From the NCBI GenBank assembly GCA_963422735.1, contig OY730476.1:2400001-2464000 (forward strand): DNA of 64,000 bases. The letters run 5' to 3'. A model generated the notes under the pieces. It was not told the DNA's origin, made no database searches, and saw only the letters and a program-made list of their open reading frames with translations. Of the stretch, positions 53,927-63,486 are shown piece after piece. The translations under genes and the position numbers were made by a program. This stretch comes from Candidatus Latescibacterota bacterium. Lineage in GTDB: Bacteria; Latescibacterota; UBA2968; UBA8231. Each line of letters opens with the position of its first letter. The stretch's first letter is position 1.

Positions 53927-55264
53927 ATGAAGCTGAAAACAGTCATTCTGATAAGCCTACTTTTTGGTGTCTTTCTTCTCGTAGTGTTCTATGTCGATAG
54001 AAAGGAAGGCGAAAAAGAGGAAGAAGATTACTACTCTAGGGAATTACTGACTTTTAACAAGGATGAAGTGGGCGAACTTAGCATAGAGAATGCGAGCGGT
54101 AGAGTAGTGTGCCGAAAGGTCGGGGAAGATTGGCAGATCATCGAGCCTGTAACGGTTGATGCACATCGGGGGGCCATACAAGCTGTCCTAGCCAATCTCG
54201 AGCGGGCACGACTGACGCGATTTCTCGTCTTGGGCGATGAATCGCCGGAAGAGGCGCTCAAAAAGTACGGTCTAGACTTTCCGAGTGTGAAAGTGAGTCT
54301 TCACGTCGGGGGACGCCTTCTGGACACGGTCCTGTTTGGAAATGAGAATCCATCTGGACGGTATGTCTATGTCAAGAAGGATTCTGAGGACCGCATCGGT
54401 ATGGTCGAATTGTACCGTCGCACTGGGGTAGACAAGCAATGGAGCGAACTGAGGAATAAGACTACGCTCAAATTCAAGAGGGCACTGGCGACGAAATTGA
54501 GAATTGAAAGTCAGGAGGACACCGTCGAAGTAACAAAGAGCGGTGAGGAGTGGCGGATGAAGTTCCCGACAGAGGCGAGAGGATATGGAGAAGCTATAGA
54601 ATCCATTCTACAGGGCTTGGCCTCACCCGTCGAAGACTTTGTCGACGATGCACCCAATAGCTTGGGGCCATACGGCTTGGACCCGCCTGCGCTACGCGTC
54701 GAAGTTTCGGTGGGGGAGGATGAGGTCCATACTTTGTGGGTTGGATCTGAGAAGGGGGGGAGCCACTACGCCAGAGATATGTCAAGAGGTCCTGTGTTCA
54801 CCCTCGATTCGTCCTTTGTAAATCAGCTACATCGGGCGAGTTTCGAGTTGAAATCTAGGAAATTGTTCGATTTTATCCGGGAAGAGGTCAACCGCGTCGA
54901 GTTCGCCTATAGGGATAGCTCCATACTTTGCGTACGAGACAGTGCCGTTTGGCTGGCAGTTCCCCAGGACCGGCCGATCAATACGATGGAGTTAGAAGCA
55001 GTCCTGTTCAACATGGAGAAGCTCAAAGTCGGAAAATTCCCGACACTGGCTCAAGATCTCCACCGTGACTACGGCCTCAATCCACCGCGCATGAGAATCA
55101 GGCTCTGGGCCGGGGAGGAGACTGTCGGCGATCTTTCTCTCGGTGAGGACGAGGGAGATATGGTCTACGTCAAGAAGGGCGAGAACGACTTGATCTATCT
55201 AGTAAATAAGGAAATGGCCGAATCCCTTACGGCGGAGAGGCTATTTGCGCCAGAGCAGAGATAG
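53927..55264 (+). CDS. DUF4340-like periplasmic protein
   Basis: N-terminal TM helix and three internal repeats of 'W....P...A......' + 'YGLD/NPP' + 'LxxG....YVK'. Confidence 0.85.
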   Translation: MKLKTVILISLLFGVFLLVVFYVDRKEGEKEEEDYYSRELLTFNKDEVGELSIENASGRVVCRKVGEDWQIIEPVTVDAHRGAIQAVLANLERARLTRFLVLGDESPEEALKKYGLDFPSVKVSLHVGGRLLDTVLFGNENPSGRYVYVKKDSEDRIGMVELYRRTGVDKQWSELRNKTTLKFKRALATKLRIESQEDTVEVTKSGEEWRMKFPTEARGYGEAIESILQGLASPVEDFVDDAPNSLGPYGLDPPALRVEVSVGEDEVHTLWVGSEKGGSHYARDMSRGPVFTLDSSFVNQLHRASFELKSRKLFDFIREEVNRVEFAYRDSSILCVRDSAVWLAVPQDRPINTMELEAVLFNMEKLKVGKFPTLAQDLHRDYGLNPPRMRIRLWAGEETVGDLSLGEDEGDMVYVKKGENDLIYLVNKEMAESLTAERLFAPEQR

Positions 55265-55283
55265 ACGAAAGAGAGAATATCCG

Positions 55284-56516
55284 GTGTCGGGAAAGAGCAC
55301 AGCCCGGATCAAATGGGGCGGTATCGGAATGGTATGTGCTGGCCTCATAGGAGTGATCTCTTTGTACTTTTTCGCCTCTGTACCTTCGAGAGCTCAGTCC
55401 GCAGCCAAGGCGTTATTCGAGCAGGGAAACGCCCACTTGAACGTCGGTCAGGTGGGCCGTGCAATTGGCTATTATGAAAAGGCGATCGACCGCGATCCAG
55501 ATTTTGTCTATGCCTACAACGGTATGGGCATGGCCTACAGAGCCACGGGAGATTTGGCCCGGGCAGAGTATTACCTCCTGCAGGCTCTTTCCCTAGATCG
55601 GACCTTGGTGGATACCTACAACAATCTGGGGATCATCTACTCGGAGAGCGATAGGACGGAGAAGGCAGAAGCCATATACAGACAGGCTCTTGCTTTGGAC
55701 CCGAACTCCGCCGTGACGCACTACAATCTGGGTGCCTTCTATGTGCAGATCGGCCAGTACAGCAAGGCGGTGGAGGAGTATAGGAAGGCCGTCCAACTCA
55801 GACAGGACCTGTTCCAAGCTCACAACAACCTAGCACTCACCTACATCGCCTTGGGCAAGCCGAGGGAGGCTATAGAGGAGTACGAGATTTCGCTCCAGTT
55901 GAATCCTCATCAGAGCAGAGCCTACTACAATCTCGGACTCGTCTATGCTGAAGAAGGCCAGTATGAAGTGGCGCTCAACTATTACAGGAAGGCACTCCAG
56001 GGCAAGCGCGATAATCCCGATGTTTACTATCGCCTCGGCCTGATCTACGAGGGCATGCAACAGGAGGAGCAGGCGATGGCGCAGTACGAGAAGGTTCTCG
56101 CCCTCGCCCCATCCCACCGACAGTCCCATTACCGCATCGGGTTGCTTTTGGCTAGGGAAAATCGCTACAGAGAAGCTGTGATCTATTACGAGAAGGCGAT
56201 CTCCCTAGATCCCCAATACGCCGATGCCCGCTACAATTTGGGCAGGGCTTATATGAAATTGGGAATGAGAGCAGAATCCCAACGCGAGATGGACTTGTTC
56301 AAGAATATGAGCCAGTACAACAAAGAGAAAGAGCACATCGACAAAATTCTGCTCTACATGCCCGGCGATGCGGCGGCGCACTGGAAATTGGGACGCATAC
56401 ACGAAAAATACGGTCAGTACGAGAAGGCGATCGCCGCGTACAGGAAGGCTCTGACACTGCGACCGGGCTTTGAGGAAGCTCGGCGGGGACTCAAAGAAGC
56501 ACTGCAGAGCCTTTGA
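55284..56516 (+). CDS. TPR-repeat protein, exported
   Basis: Signal/TM segment followed by about ten canonical TPRs ('AYYNLG..Y...G.Y..A...Y.KAL...P'). Confidence 0.92.
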   Translation: MSGKSTARIKWGGIGMVCAGLIGVISLYFFASVPSRAQSAAKALFEQGNAHLNVGQVGRAIGYYEKAIDRDPDFVYAYNGMGMAYRATGDLARAEYYLLQALSLDRTLVDTYNNLGIIYSESDRTEKAEAIYRQALALDPNSAVTHYNLGAFYVQIGQYSKAVEEYRKAVQLRQDLFQAHNNLALTYIALGKPREAIEEYEISLQLNPHQSRAYYNLGLVYAEEGQYEVALNYYRKALQGKRDNPDVYYRLGLIYEGMQQEEQAMAQYEKVLALAPSHRQSHYRIGLLLARENRYREAVIYYEKAISLDPQYADARYNLGRAYMKLGMRAESQREMDLFKNMSQYNKEKEHIDKILLYMPGDAAAHWKLGRIHEKYGQYEKAIAAYRKALTLRPGFEEARRGLKEALQSL

Positions 56517-56550
56517 GTTCTTCAAAGGGTTTGAAAAGAGGAGAGGACTG

Positions 56551-59500
56551 ATGAATTTGCTGGGATTGACGGTTGTGGGTATGACCTTGGGCATTGCCCT
56601 CCTAGCGAAAGATGTGCCCACCAGAGAGTACATGCTCTCCACCTTCCAAGCGGGTCAGAGTTTCTATTCCGAGGGGGCCTACGATCAGGCCATCGAGAAG
56701 TTCGAGGATATCAGCAGTGTTCGCAGTATGTTGCTGGATGACAGCGACATCATCGTCGTCGTTGGAAAAGTGGAAACTGCGGTGAAAGACGCGGCGATTT
56801 ACCAGATGGGCAATGCGTATTTTAAGATGTTCGAGGAAGAATTTCGTGCCTCGAAGGACGAGTCGAACAAAGAGGGACAGGAGAAGCGGAAAGGGCGGGC
56901 GGAGGAATACTTGGAAACTGCGGTGAGCTATTTTTTTGGAGTGGAACAAAATGCTAGGTCCGAGAATTTACGGGTGCTAGCGCAGAACAGGATTACGGCC
57001 TGTTGGTACATCGCGCGGCACTATCGAGAGGTCATCCGCGAGGGACAGAAATTTATTGAGAAATATCCCGACAACGCATATGTAGTGGAGGCACTTTACA
57101 ATATAGGATGGTCCTACTACGAACTAAAGGAATACGCCAATAGCATCGAAACCTTTACCGAACTGACGGAGCGCTTCAAATCCGGTTTTCAGGTCAGCCG
57201 GGCCTTTTTCCAGATCGGTGAATGCTATTATGACCAAGGACAGTACCGCAAGGCGATCCCCTACTATCAACAATTGGTGGACCAGTTAAACATCGGTGCG
57301 TTGAGCGAACAAGAGATTCAGAAAATGCAGTTCGAGAAAGTGGCCGGGTTGGTGGACGAAACCGAGTATGAATTGACTGCAAAGGCCCAGATCCGAATCG
57401 GGGACTGCTACAGCCAGTTAGAGGATTTTGAAAAGGCAGAGCTATCCTATCGCTCTGTCATCACGGTGTTTGCCCAAGAGCGGAGACTAGTTGAGAAGGC
57501 TTATCAGAGTCTGGCGGATATGTACTTTGAAAACCGGCTTTTCGCCCTATGTGTGGATACGTACCGCGAGGCCATCGTCCAAATACCCAACAACACATTT
57601 AAGGCGCGAATGCAGTTCCAGCTAGCTCAGCGCTACACCGAAGCGAGCGAAGAATGGGGAGAAGACCATTTTGAAGATGCGATTCGCGAATACAATGTAT
57701 ATGTGAAAGCCTACGGCGAGATCGCCTCCCGAGCCGGCTACTCCTTAGGGAATTCTTGGTTCGAAATTGGTCGAGCCTATTACTCTAAGGCCGAAAAATT
57801 GGTACAGCAGGGAGAGGTCGTAGGGGCCCACGAGGCATACGCGGCAGCCGTGCAGGCCTACGACACGGTCTTGGAGCAGTATCCCGATCCGAATTTTGTC
57901 ACCACGACCAGATTCAATGTCGCTCTATCCAAACAGAGGATTGGCGAGCAAGCGGCGCAGCGCGAGGCGGAAGAGATCTACCGGAAGCTCATCGCGGACA
58001 ATCGCGATGGCACTTATGCGAGGAGCTCACAATTCCAACTGGCGCGGATGTTCTACAACGAGGAGCTATACGACAAGGCGGTGGCCTTCTACGATGAGAT
58101 TATCGCGGTAACGGATGACTCCACTCAGTTGGATATCGCCCATTTTGAACTGGGATTGGCTCTTACTAAAAAAGGAGAGGTCGAAAGGGCGACAGAGGTC
58201 TTTTTGCAGGTGCGAGAGACGGCACCGCAGTCCTCATTGGCATGCGTCGAAGCAGGGCGCATATACCTGAGTATAGAGCAATTCGACCGAGCTCTGGAGA
58301 TTCTCGAGCGAGGCATGGCTAGAGTTAGCAGTGAGGAGGAGCGGGCTCAATACCACTACCTGATGGGCAAGGCGTGGGTGGGAAAAGAGGAGTACGAGCG
58401 TGCGGTGAACCAATTTACGCAGGCCATTAATATTACGGGCAACCCCAAGTTGAAGGAGATCGCACAGTACGACAGGGGAACGAGCTACTCGCGTCTGGAG
58501 CGATACGCAGAAGCAGAGGAAGACCTGAGAGTGCTGGAGAACTCTGCCGACGAGAAGATCAAAAGTCCGGCCCAGAAGATGTTGGGGATCGCTTATCTCC
58601 GCTTAAACAGACAGGAAGAGGCACTCGAGAGCTATAGGCGATTGGCCACTGCGGCCGAAGATCCAATTGAACAGGCAGAGTACATGGTACTTATGCTGAC
58701 ACTCTATCTCGAGTTGGAGCAGTATGATACAGCCATCGCCACGGGACGGGAAATTCTGGCGATGGACCTAGAGGATAGCAAAGGAGATAGAGATTACTGG
58801 TTGGAGGAGCAAGTCTATTACCTCATTGGTGAAAGCCAGCAGCACAAGGGGCAATACGAAGGAGCGATATCGACGTATAGCGAAGGACTCAAGCGCTACC
58901 CGAACTCTTACTATTCTGTCGATATGGCCTATGCTCTGGGAACGCTTTACTTTCAGAGCGAACAGTTCGACGAATCGGCGGAAGTATTAAGCGCTTTTGT
59001 AACGCGTTTCCCCGACTCAACTAACATTGGGTACGCGTACTACTATCTTGGGTACGCGTATTTCAGCCTGAGGGAATTCGATCGGTCTGCAGAGGTCTTC
59101 AAGAAGCTGGTGGAAAAATATCCGCAAGCCGATATGGCAGCAGAGGCACTGATGCGTGCATCTGAGAGTGTATTCAATTTGGGAAAATTTGATGAGGCGA
59201 TCACGCTGTACCAGCGTCTATTAGAGGATCATCTAGAGTCGCCGTTTAGAGATGATGCACTCTATAACACGGCTTGGGCGTTCTACGAACTGAAGGACGA
59301 GAAAAAATTCATTCAGACTTTTGAACGTCTGCTCGCAACCTTTCCCAACAGCGAATTTGCAGTAGATGCCCGCTTTACACTGGGCGATTATTACTTCAAC
59401 AAGGAAGACTACGAAAGGGCACAGGTCGAGTACCAACATGTACTGGACGACTATCCTGAGGCCGATATCACCAGAGAAATTCCCAAGGTCCTAGAAAACG

Positions 59501-59838
59501 TGTGGGAACTCATAGCCTATGAGGAATACGAACGGACTATGGCTATATTTGGCGAGGCTATGGTCTTGGACAAAGAGGGCGAGAGAGAGAAAACGCGACA
59601 GAAATTCGACGAGGTGGTGCCGCTGTTCATAGCTCTCACGGAGAAATATCCCGGCACCGAGGTGGAAATCGGCGCACTAAGCAATTTGGGTACATGTTAT
59701 GAGTTTTTGCGCCAGTGGAAGAAAGCTGTGCAAACCTACGATAAAGTGATCGCTCTATTCGAGGACGATAAAGCCAGCGAGGATGCCTATCGATTTGCCA
59801 AGGGGCATCGGGACTGGATCGTGAACTCTAAGCTGTGA
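56551..59838 (+). CDS. Large TPR-repeat protein (BamD/YbgF-like repeats)
   Basis: GGAGAGG RBS, short signal and numerous 'KYP.S.....AL...G..YY' type repeats. Confidence 0.9.
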   Translation: MNLLGLTVVGMTLGIALLAKDVPTREYMLSTFQAGQSFYSEGAYDQAIEKFEDISSVRSMLLDDSDIIVVVGKVETAVKDAAIYQMGNAYFKMFEEEFRASKDESNKEGQEKRKGRAEEYLETAVSYFFGVEQNARSENLRVLAQNRITACWYIARHYREVIREGQKFIEKYPDNAYVVEALYNIGWSYYELKEYANSIETFTELTERFKSGFQVSRAFFQIGECYYDQGQYRKAIPYYQQLVDQLNIGALSEQEIQKMQFEKVAGLVDETEYELTAKAQIRIGDCYSQLEDFEKAELSYRSVITVFAQERRLVEKAYQSLADMYFENRLFALCVDTYREAIVQIPNNTFKARMQFQLAQRYTEASEEWGEDHFEDAIREYNVYVKAYGEIASRAGYSLGNSWFEIGRAYYSKAEKLVQQGEVVGAHEAYAAAVQAYDTVLEQYPDPNFVTTTRFNVALSKQRIGEQAAQREAEEIYRKLIADNRDGTYARSSQFQLARMFYNEELYDKAVAFYDEIIAVTDDSTQLDIAHFELGLALTKKGEVERATEVFLQVRETAPQSSLACVEAGRIYLSIEQFDRALEILERGMARVSSEEERAQYHYLMGKAWVGKEEYERAVNQFTQAINITGNPKLKEIAQYDRGTSYSRLERYAEAEEDLRVLENSADEKIKSPAQKMLGIAYLRLNRQEEALESYRRLATAAEDPIEQAEYMVLMLTLYLELEQYDTAIATGREILAMDLEDSKGDRDYWLEEQVYYLIGESQQHKGQYEGAISTYSEGLKRYPNSYYSVDMAYALGTLYFQSEQFDESAEVLSAFVTRFPDSTNIGYAYYYLGYAYFSLREFDRSAEVFKKLVEKYPQADMAAEALMRASESVFNLGKFDEAITLYQRLLEDHLESPFRDDALYNTAWAFYELKDEKKFIQTFERLLATFPNSEFAVDARFTLGDYYFNKEDYERAQVEYQHVLDDYPEADITREIPKVLENVWELIAYEEYERTMAIFGEAMVLDKEGEREKTRQKFDEVVPLFIALTEKYPGTEVEIGALSNLGTCYEFLRQWKKAVQTYDKVIALFEDDKASEDAYRFAKGHRDWIVNSKL

Positions 59839-59906
59839 TGCTCGAGATGAGTAGATTGGCTGGGCTCGCGCAGGTTGAGGGGAAAATAAGTCATAGCAAA
59901 AAGGGA

Positions 59907-60698
59907 ATGAATATGAAAATCATCGGCAAGGCGACAAGGCGGATACTGGTAGCTTGTACAGCCCAAATCGCGGTGGGGTGCATTATTTTTCCGCCGAAGA
60001 TCCATTACAGCTCGTACCTGGTGCCCGTGGAAAAGAGCGGCAATGAAGCTCCGTATAGAGTGGAGAACGATGGCTCTGTGTATATGTCGGATGGATTGCG
60101 GGTCAACGCCAAATTTATGACGGATGCAGAGCTGAATGTCTTGCTCTCCGAAGATTCGAATAGAGGAGAGTATTCGACTAATCCCTATACCTACGGCGAC
60201 TACATTGATCGGGATATAGGTTATACCCCCAACCGCTTCACTGTCTTCAAGGTGAGTGTTTTCAACCAGACTTTTGCCAAAGTTCAACTCTATCCCCTCA
60301 AAGCCATTCTTTTGACGGATCAGGGCCAGACACTCCATTCCTACGGGATGCCATCGACGTCGCCTTACAATAGCTTCGAGCGGTATTACAGAGGCTTGCG
60401 CGGGCAGAGCGGCAATGAATTCTACCGCTTTGGAGTCAGAATGGGGCATGTCCGCAGTCTGAACTATGCGGAGGATCAGCCGATATTCAAGGGAGAGAGC
60501 TACAGCGGTCTGATCGCCTTTGATTCGCTCGATCCAGCGGTGGAGAAAGTGCGGTTGGTACTGAAAGAATTCGCGCTCAAATTCGACGAGTTCGGCACGC
60601 CGCTGGAAACGGTTGATATCCGTTTCGACTTCAACCGCAGGGTAGAGAAGTGGGAGGTGAAGAAAGACCATGAGGCGGTGAGCTTTGACCGTCAATAG
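59907..60698 (+). CDS. Hypothetical lipoprotein
   Basis: Lipobox-like 'IAVGC' and a beta-rich body ('RFTVFKVSVFN', 'YSGLIAF'). The ORF is open from 59835. Confidence 0.7.
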   Translation: MNMKIIGKATRRILVACTAQIAVGCIIFPPKIHYSSYLVPVEKSGNEAPYRVENDGSVYMSDGLRVNAKFMTDAELNVLLSEDSNRGEYSTNPYTYGDYIDRDIGYTPNRFTVFKVSVFNQTFAKVQLYPLKAILLTDQGQTLHSYGMPSTSPYNSFERYYRGLRGQSGNEFYRFGVRMGHVRSLNYAEDQPIFKGESYSGLIAFDSLDPAVEKVRLVLKEFALKFDEFGTPLETVDIRFDFNRRVEKWEVKKDHEAVSFDRQ

Positions 60699-60740
60699 TG
60701 GCTTTGAACCATCATCTCCGCTCTGGTGATAGCTCTTCCC

Positions 60741-61907
60741 ATGCTAAGAACAATAGCTCTTTTGGGCTGGCCTCGTCTCTGTAGAGTCGACCTGTTTGGG
60801 CTCTTACTACTCCTGTATCCGCTTCGTTCTGCGGCGTTTCAGTCCGAAGCGGTGATTCTGATCGTGCCCTTCGAGGACCATAGCTATTTTCGCGGTAGCT
60901 GGGATATCAGCCGGGGTATTCCCCGGGTCCTAGGCGAATTGCTCCAGCAGGGTCGGAATATAGTCGTTTTGCCAATGCTCGATTCTTTACAGACAAAAGG
61001 CGAGGACGGTGCCGCCCTGAGTGAGGCCCAAGTGCTCAGGATAGGAACTGCCGCCGGTGCTGATCTGGTTGTGAACGGCGATATCCGCAACTTCTCCATC
61101 AAACGGTTCAATGCAGGTAACCCCTTCCTGGGGGGGTACACCTCCTATACGGCTCTGGTCGAAGTCGAGATCCAATTGCTGCAGCCGCTCTCTGGTCGTC
61201 AAGTTGGAGCGGCGACGGGGAAGGCCGAAATGACGGATCGGGATCTGGGCTTGACCCTTTTGGGAAAACCTACCCGCAAAGAGGCCGCCCTTCTCAAACT
61301 CAACGAGATTCCCTTTGGCGTGGAGCGCTTTTGGCGGACAATCATAGGCAAAGTTACTCTAGATGCACTCCAGCAACTAACTGAAGAAATTGAGGCTAAA
61401 ACCTCCCCACCTCACGCCCTGCAACAGCCGGAACCGAAGATCCTCAGCCTGGAGGGAAAGGAGGGCTTCGTCAATTTGGGGCTGGCGGACAAGATCGAGG
61501 TGGGACACAAATTTGTGGTGTATTCCCGGCGGGAGGAGAAGCGGATCGGAGTCGTACAAATTGCCGAAGTACTGGCTCAGCATTTCTCCCGGATTCTGGT
61601 GCTCCAAGGGCAGGAGAATATTCAGGTAAAGGATATTCTGGCCCCCCCTAGTGCTACTAGGGCACAAACTCCTGCCGTGAGGCACTATCTCAATGCCGAG
61701 AGGCTACATGGGCCGTCTTTTTTTATACTCAATGTGGTCAATCTGTCTCATGCTCTGGGGTCTGGCCACCCATGCCGCAGGTGGGCAGGTGCATTTTGTG
61801 GAGGTGAGCGCAGAGGCGGGTATCAATTTTCACTATACCCACGGCGGCACAGGGCAAAAGTACTTTATCGAGACTATGGGACCGGGGTGCGCGTTTCTGG
61901 ATTATGA
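60741..61907 (+). CDS. CsgG/FlgT-like envelope protein (true end probably ~61651)
   Basis: 'LIVPFED', 'GADLVVNGDIRNF', 'VEVEIQLL....G', and FlgT-C-like 'FVNLG.ADKIEVG..F.V'. The tail overlaps the next gene by about 200 bp. Confidence 0.7.
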   Translation: MLRTIALLGWPRLCRVDLFGLLLLLYPLRSAAFQSEAVILIVPFEDHSYFRGSWDISRGIPRVLGELLQQGRNIVVLPMLDSLQTKGEDGAALSEAQVLRIGTAAGADLVVNGDIRNFSIKRFNAGNPFLGGYTSYTALVEVEIQLLQPLSGRQVGAATGKAEMTDRDLGLTLLGKPTRKEAALLKLNEIPFGVERFWRTIIGKVTLDALQQLTEEIEAKTSPPHALQQPEPKILSLEGKEGFVNLGLADKIEVGHKFVVYSRREEKRIGVVQIAEVLAQHFSRILVLQGQENIQVKDILAPPSATRAQTPAVRHYLNAERLHGPSFFILNVVNLSHALGSGHPCRRWAGAFCGGERRGGYQFSLYPRRHRAKVLYRDYGTGVRVSGL

Positions 61908-63441
61908 CAGCGATGGATTCCTCGATTTATACGCAGTCAATGGTCACGATCTGACTCTTGGTGCCGACCCTGAAGAGCGCAATGCGCTCTATCGCAACAA
62001 AGGCAATGGAACCTTCGCCGAAGTTGGGGGCAAGGCCGGGGTGAGAGACGGGGGATACGGCATGGGGGTGACCGCCGCCGATTATGACAACGACGGCGAT
62101 GTGGATATCTACCTCACCAATTACGGTCTGAACGCGCTGTATCGCAACGAGGGGGATGGAACCTTTGCGGATGTCACCAACCAAGCGAGATTGGGGAACG
62201 AATTGTGGGGGACCGGCTGTGCCTTTTTTGACTATGACCACGACGGATTCCTCGATTTGTATGTGGCCAACTATGTCGAATATACCCTCGACGCCCCTAG
62301 AAAGGATCTGACTCCATATGCCGTTGGCTCCCTTGCGGGCGAAGAAGTAGCGCCAGATATCAGGGCCTATCCCAGTCCCGATAATTTTAAGGGCTCTCCC
62401 GATGCACTGTATCACAACGAGGGGGATGGAACCTTTGTGGACGTCACGGTCCAAGCCGGGGTATTCAATCCAGATGGAAAAGGGATGGGCTTGGTGTGCG
62501 GCGATTACGACAACGACGGTGACATCGATCTCTTCGTGGCCAATGACCAAGTAGCCAATTTCCTCTACCAGAACAACGGCGATGGAACTTTTGCGGATGT
62601 AGCTCTTATCGCAGGGGTCGGCTACAGCGGTGATGGGCGGATGGAAGCCAGCATGGGGGCCGACTTCGGGGACTATGACAACGATGGCTTCTTGGATCTC
62701 GTTGTCCCAAATTTTCAGCGCGAGCCTACCAGTCTCTATCGGAACGAAGGCGATGGTCTGTTCGCGTACGAATCAACGCCTTCAAGTATCGGGCGCTATT
62801 CGCTCCCCTATGTCGGTTGGAGCACCGCCTTCTTCGACTATGACAACGATGGTTTGTTGGATATCTTCGTCGCCAACGGCCATACTCTGGACAACGTGAT
62901 TCTTTTCGACGCCTCTACCTCGTATCCCCAGCGCAACCAGTTGTTCAGGAACGAGGGACAAAGACACTTCGCGGAGGTCTCCGACACCTCGGGGAAGGGG
63001 CTGTCCATCTTCAAGGTGAGCCGGGGCGCGGCGTTCGGGGATTACGACAACGACGGCGATGTAGATATCTTCGTGGTCAATTCGGTCGGCCGCGCTGACC
63101 TGTTGAGGAACGATGGGGGCAACGAGTGCAACTGGTTCCAAGTCAGAGTGGTCGGTGTAGAAAGTAACCGGGATGGTGTGGGGGCGAGGATCGAACTCAA
63201 CGCGGGCGGTTTGCTCCAGATCAGGGAGATCAAGAGCGGCTCTGGACTGTACAGCCAAAATGACCTGCACGCTTCTTTTGGGTTGGGGAAGAGTGAGAGT
63301 ATAGAGCAACTCGTCGTTCGTTGGCCCAGCGGCACGGTGGATCGCATGAGTCAGTTAGCCGTCAATCAGCGCGTCGTGATCGAGGAGGGCAGGGGCTGGG
63401 TCGGAGCAGGTGAATGGAACGACAGCAGCCGTGCGCCCTGA
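61708..63441 (+). CDS. CRTAC1-family protein (FG-GAP repeats + ASPIC/UnbV domain)
   Basis: Seven 'DYDNDG..D' repeats, 'SNRDGVGARI', 'SGSGLYSQN..HASFGLG', 'VRWPSG'. Confidence 0.95.
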   Translation: MGRLFLYSMWSICLMLWGLATHAAGGQVHFVEVSAEAGINFHYTHGGTGQKYFIETMGPGCAFLDYDSDGFLDLYAVNGHDLTLGADPEERNALYRNKGNGTFAEVGGKAGVRDGGYGMGVTAADYDNDGDVDIYLTNYGLNALYRNEGDGTFADVTNQARLGNELWGTGCAFFDYDHDGFLDLYVANYVEYTLDAPRKDLTPYAVGSLAGEEVAPDIRAYPSPDNFKGSPDALYHNEGDGTFVDVTVQAGVFNPDGKGMGLVCGDYDNDGDIDLFVANDQVANFLYQNNGDGTFADVALIAGVGYSGDGRMEASMGADFGDYDNDGFLDLVVPNFQREPTSLYRNEGDGLFAYESTPSSIGRYSLPYVGWSTAFFDYDNDGLLDIFVANGHTLDNVILFDASTSYPQRNQLFRNEGQRHFAEVSDTSGKGLSIFKVSRGAAFGDYDNDGDVDIFVVNSVGRADLLRNDGGNECNWFQVRVVGVESNRDGVGARIELNAGGLLQIREIKSGSGLYSQNDLHASFGLGKSESIEQLVVRWPSGTVDRMSQLAVNQRVVIEEGRGWVGAGEWNDSSRAP

Positions 63442-63486
63442 TGTCAGAGGCTCGACTATTATAATATTCGCGAAAGGAGTTTTCCG

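Noticed and set aside
61900-63070. Recurrent GA(C/T)TA(C/T)GACAACGA(C/T)GG DNA repeats
   Set aside because: They are explained by FG-GAP protein repeats of the CRTAC1-like gene.
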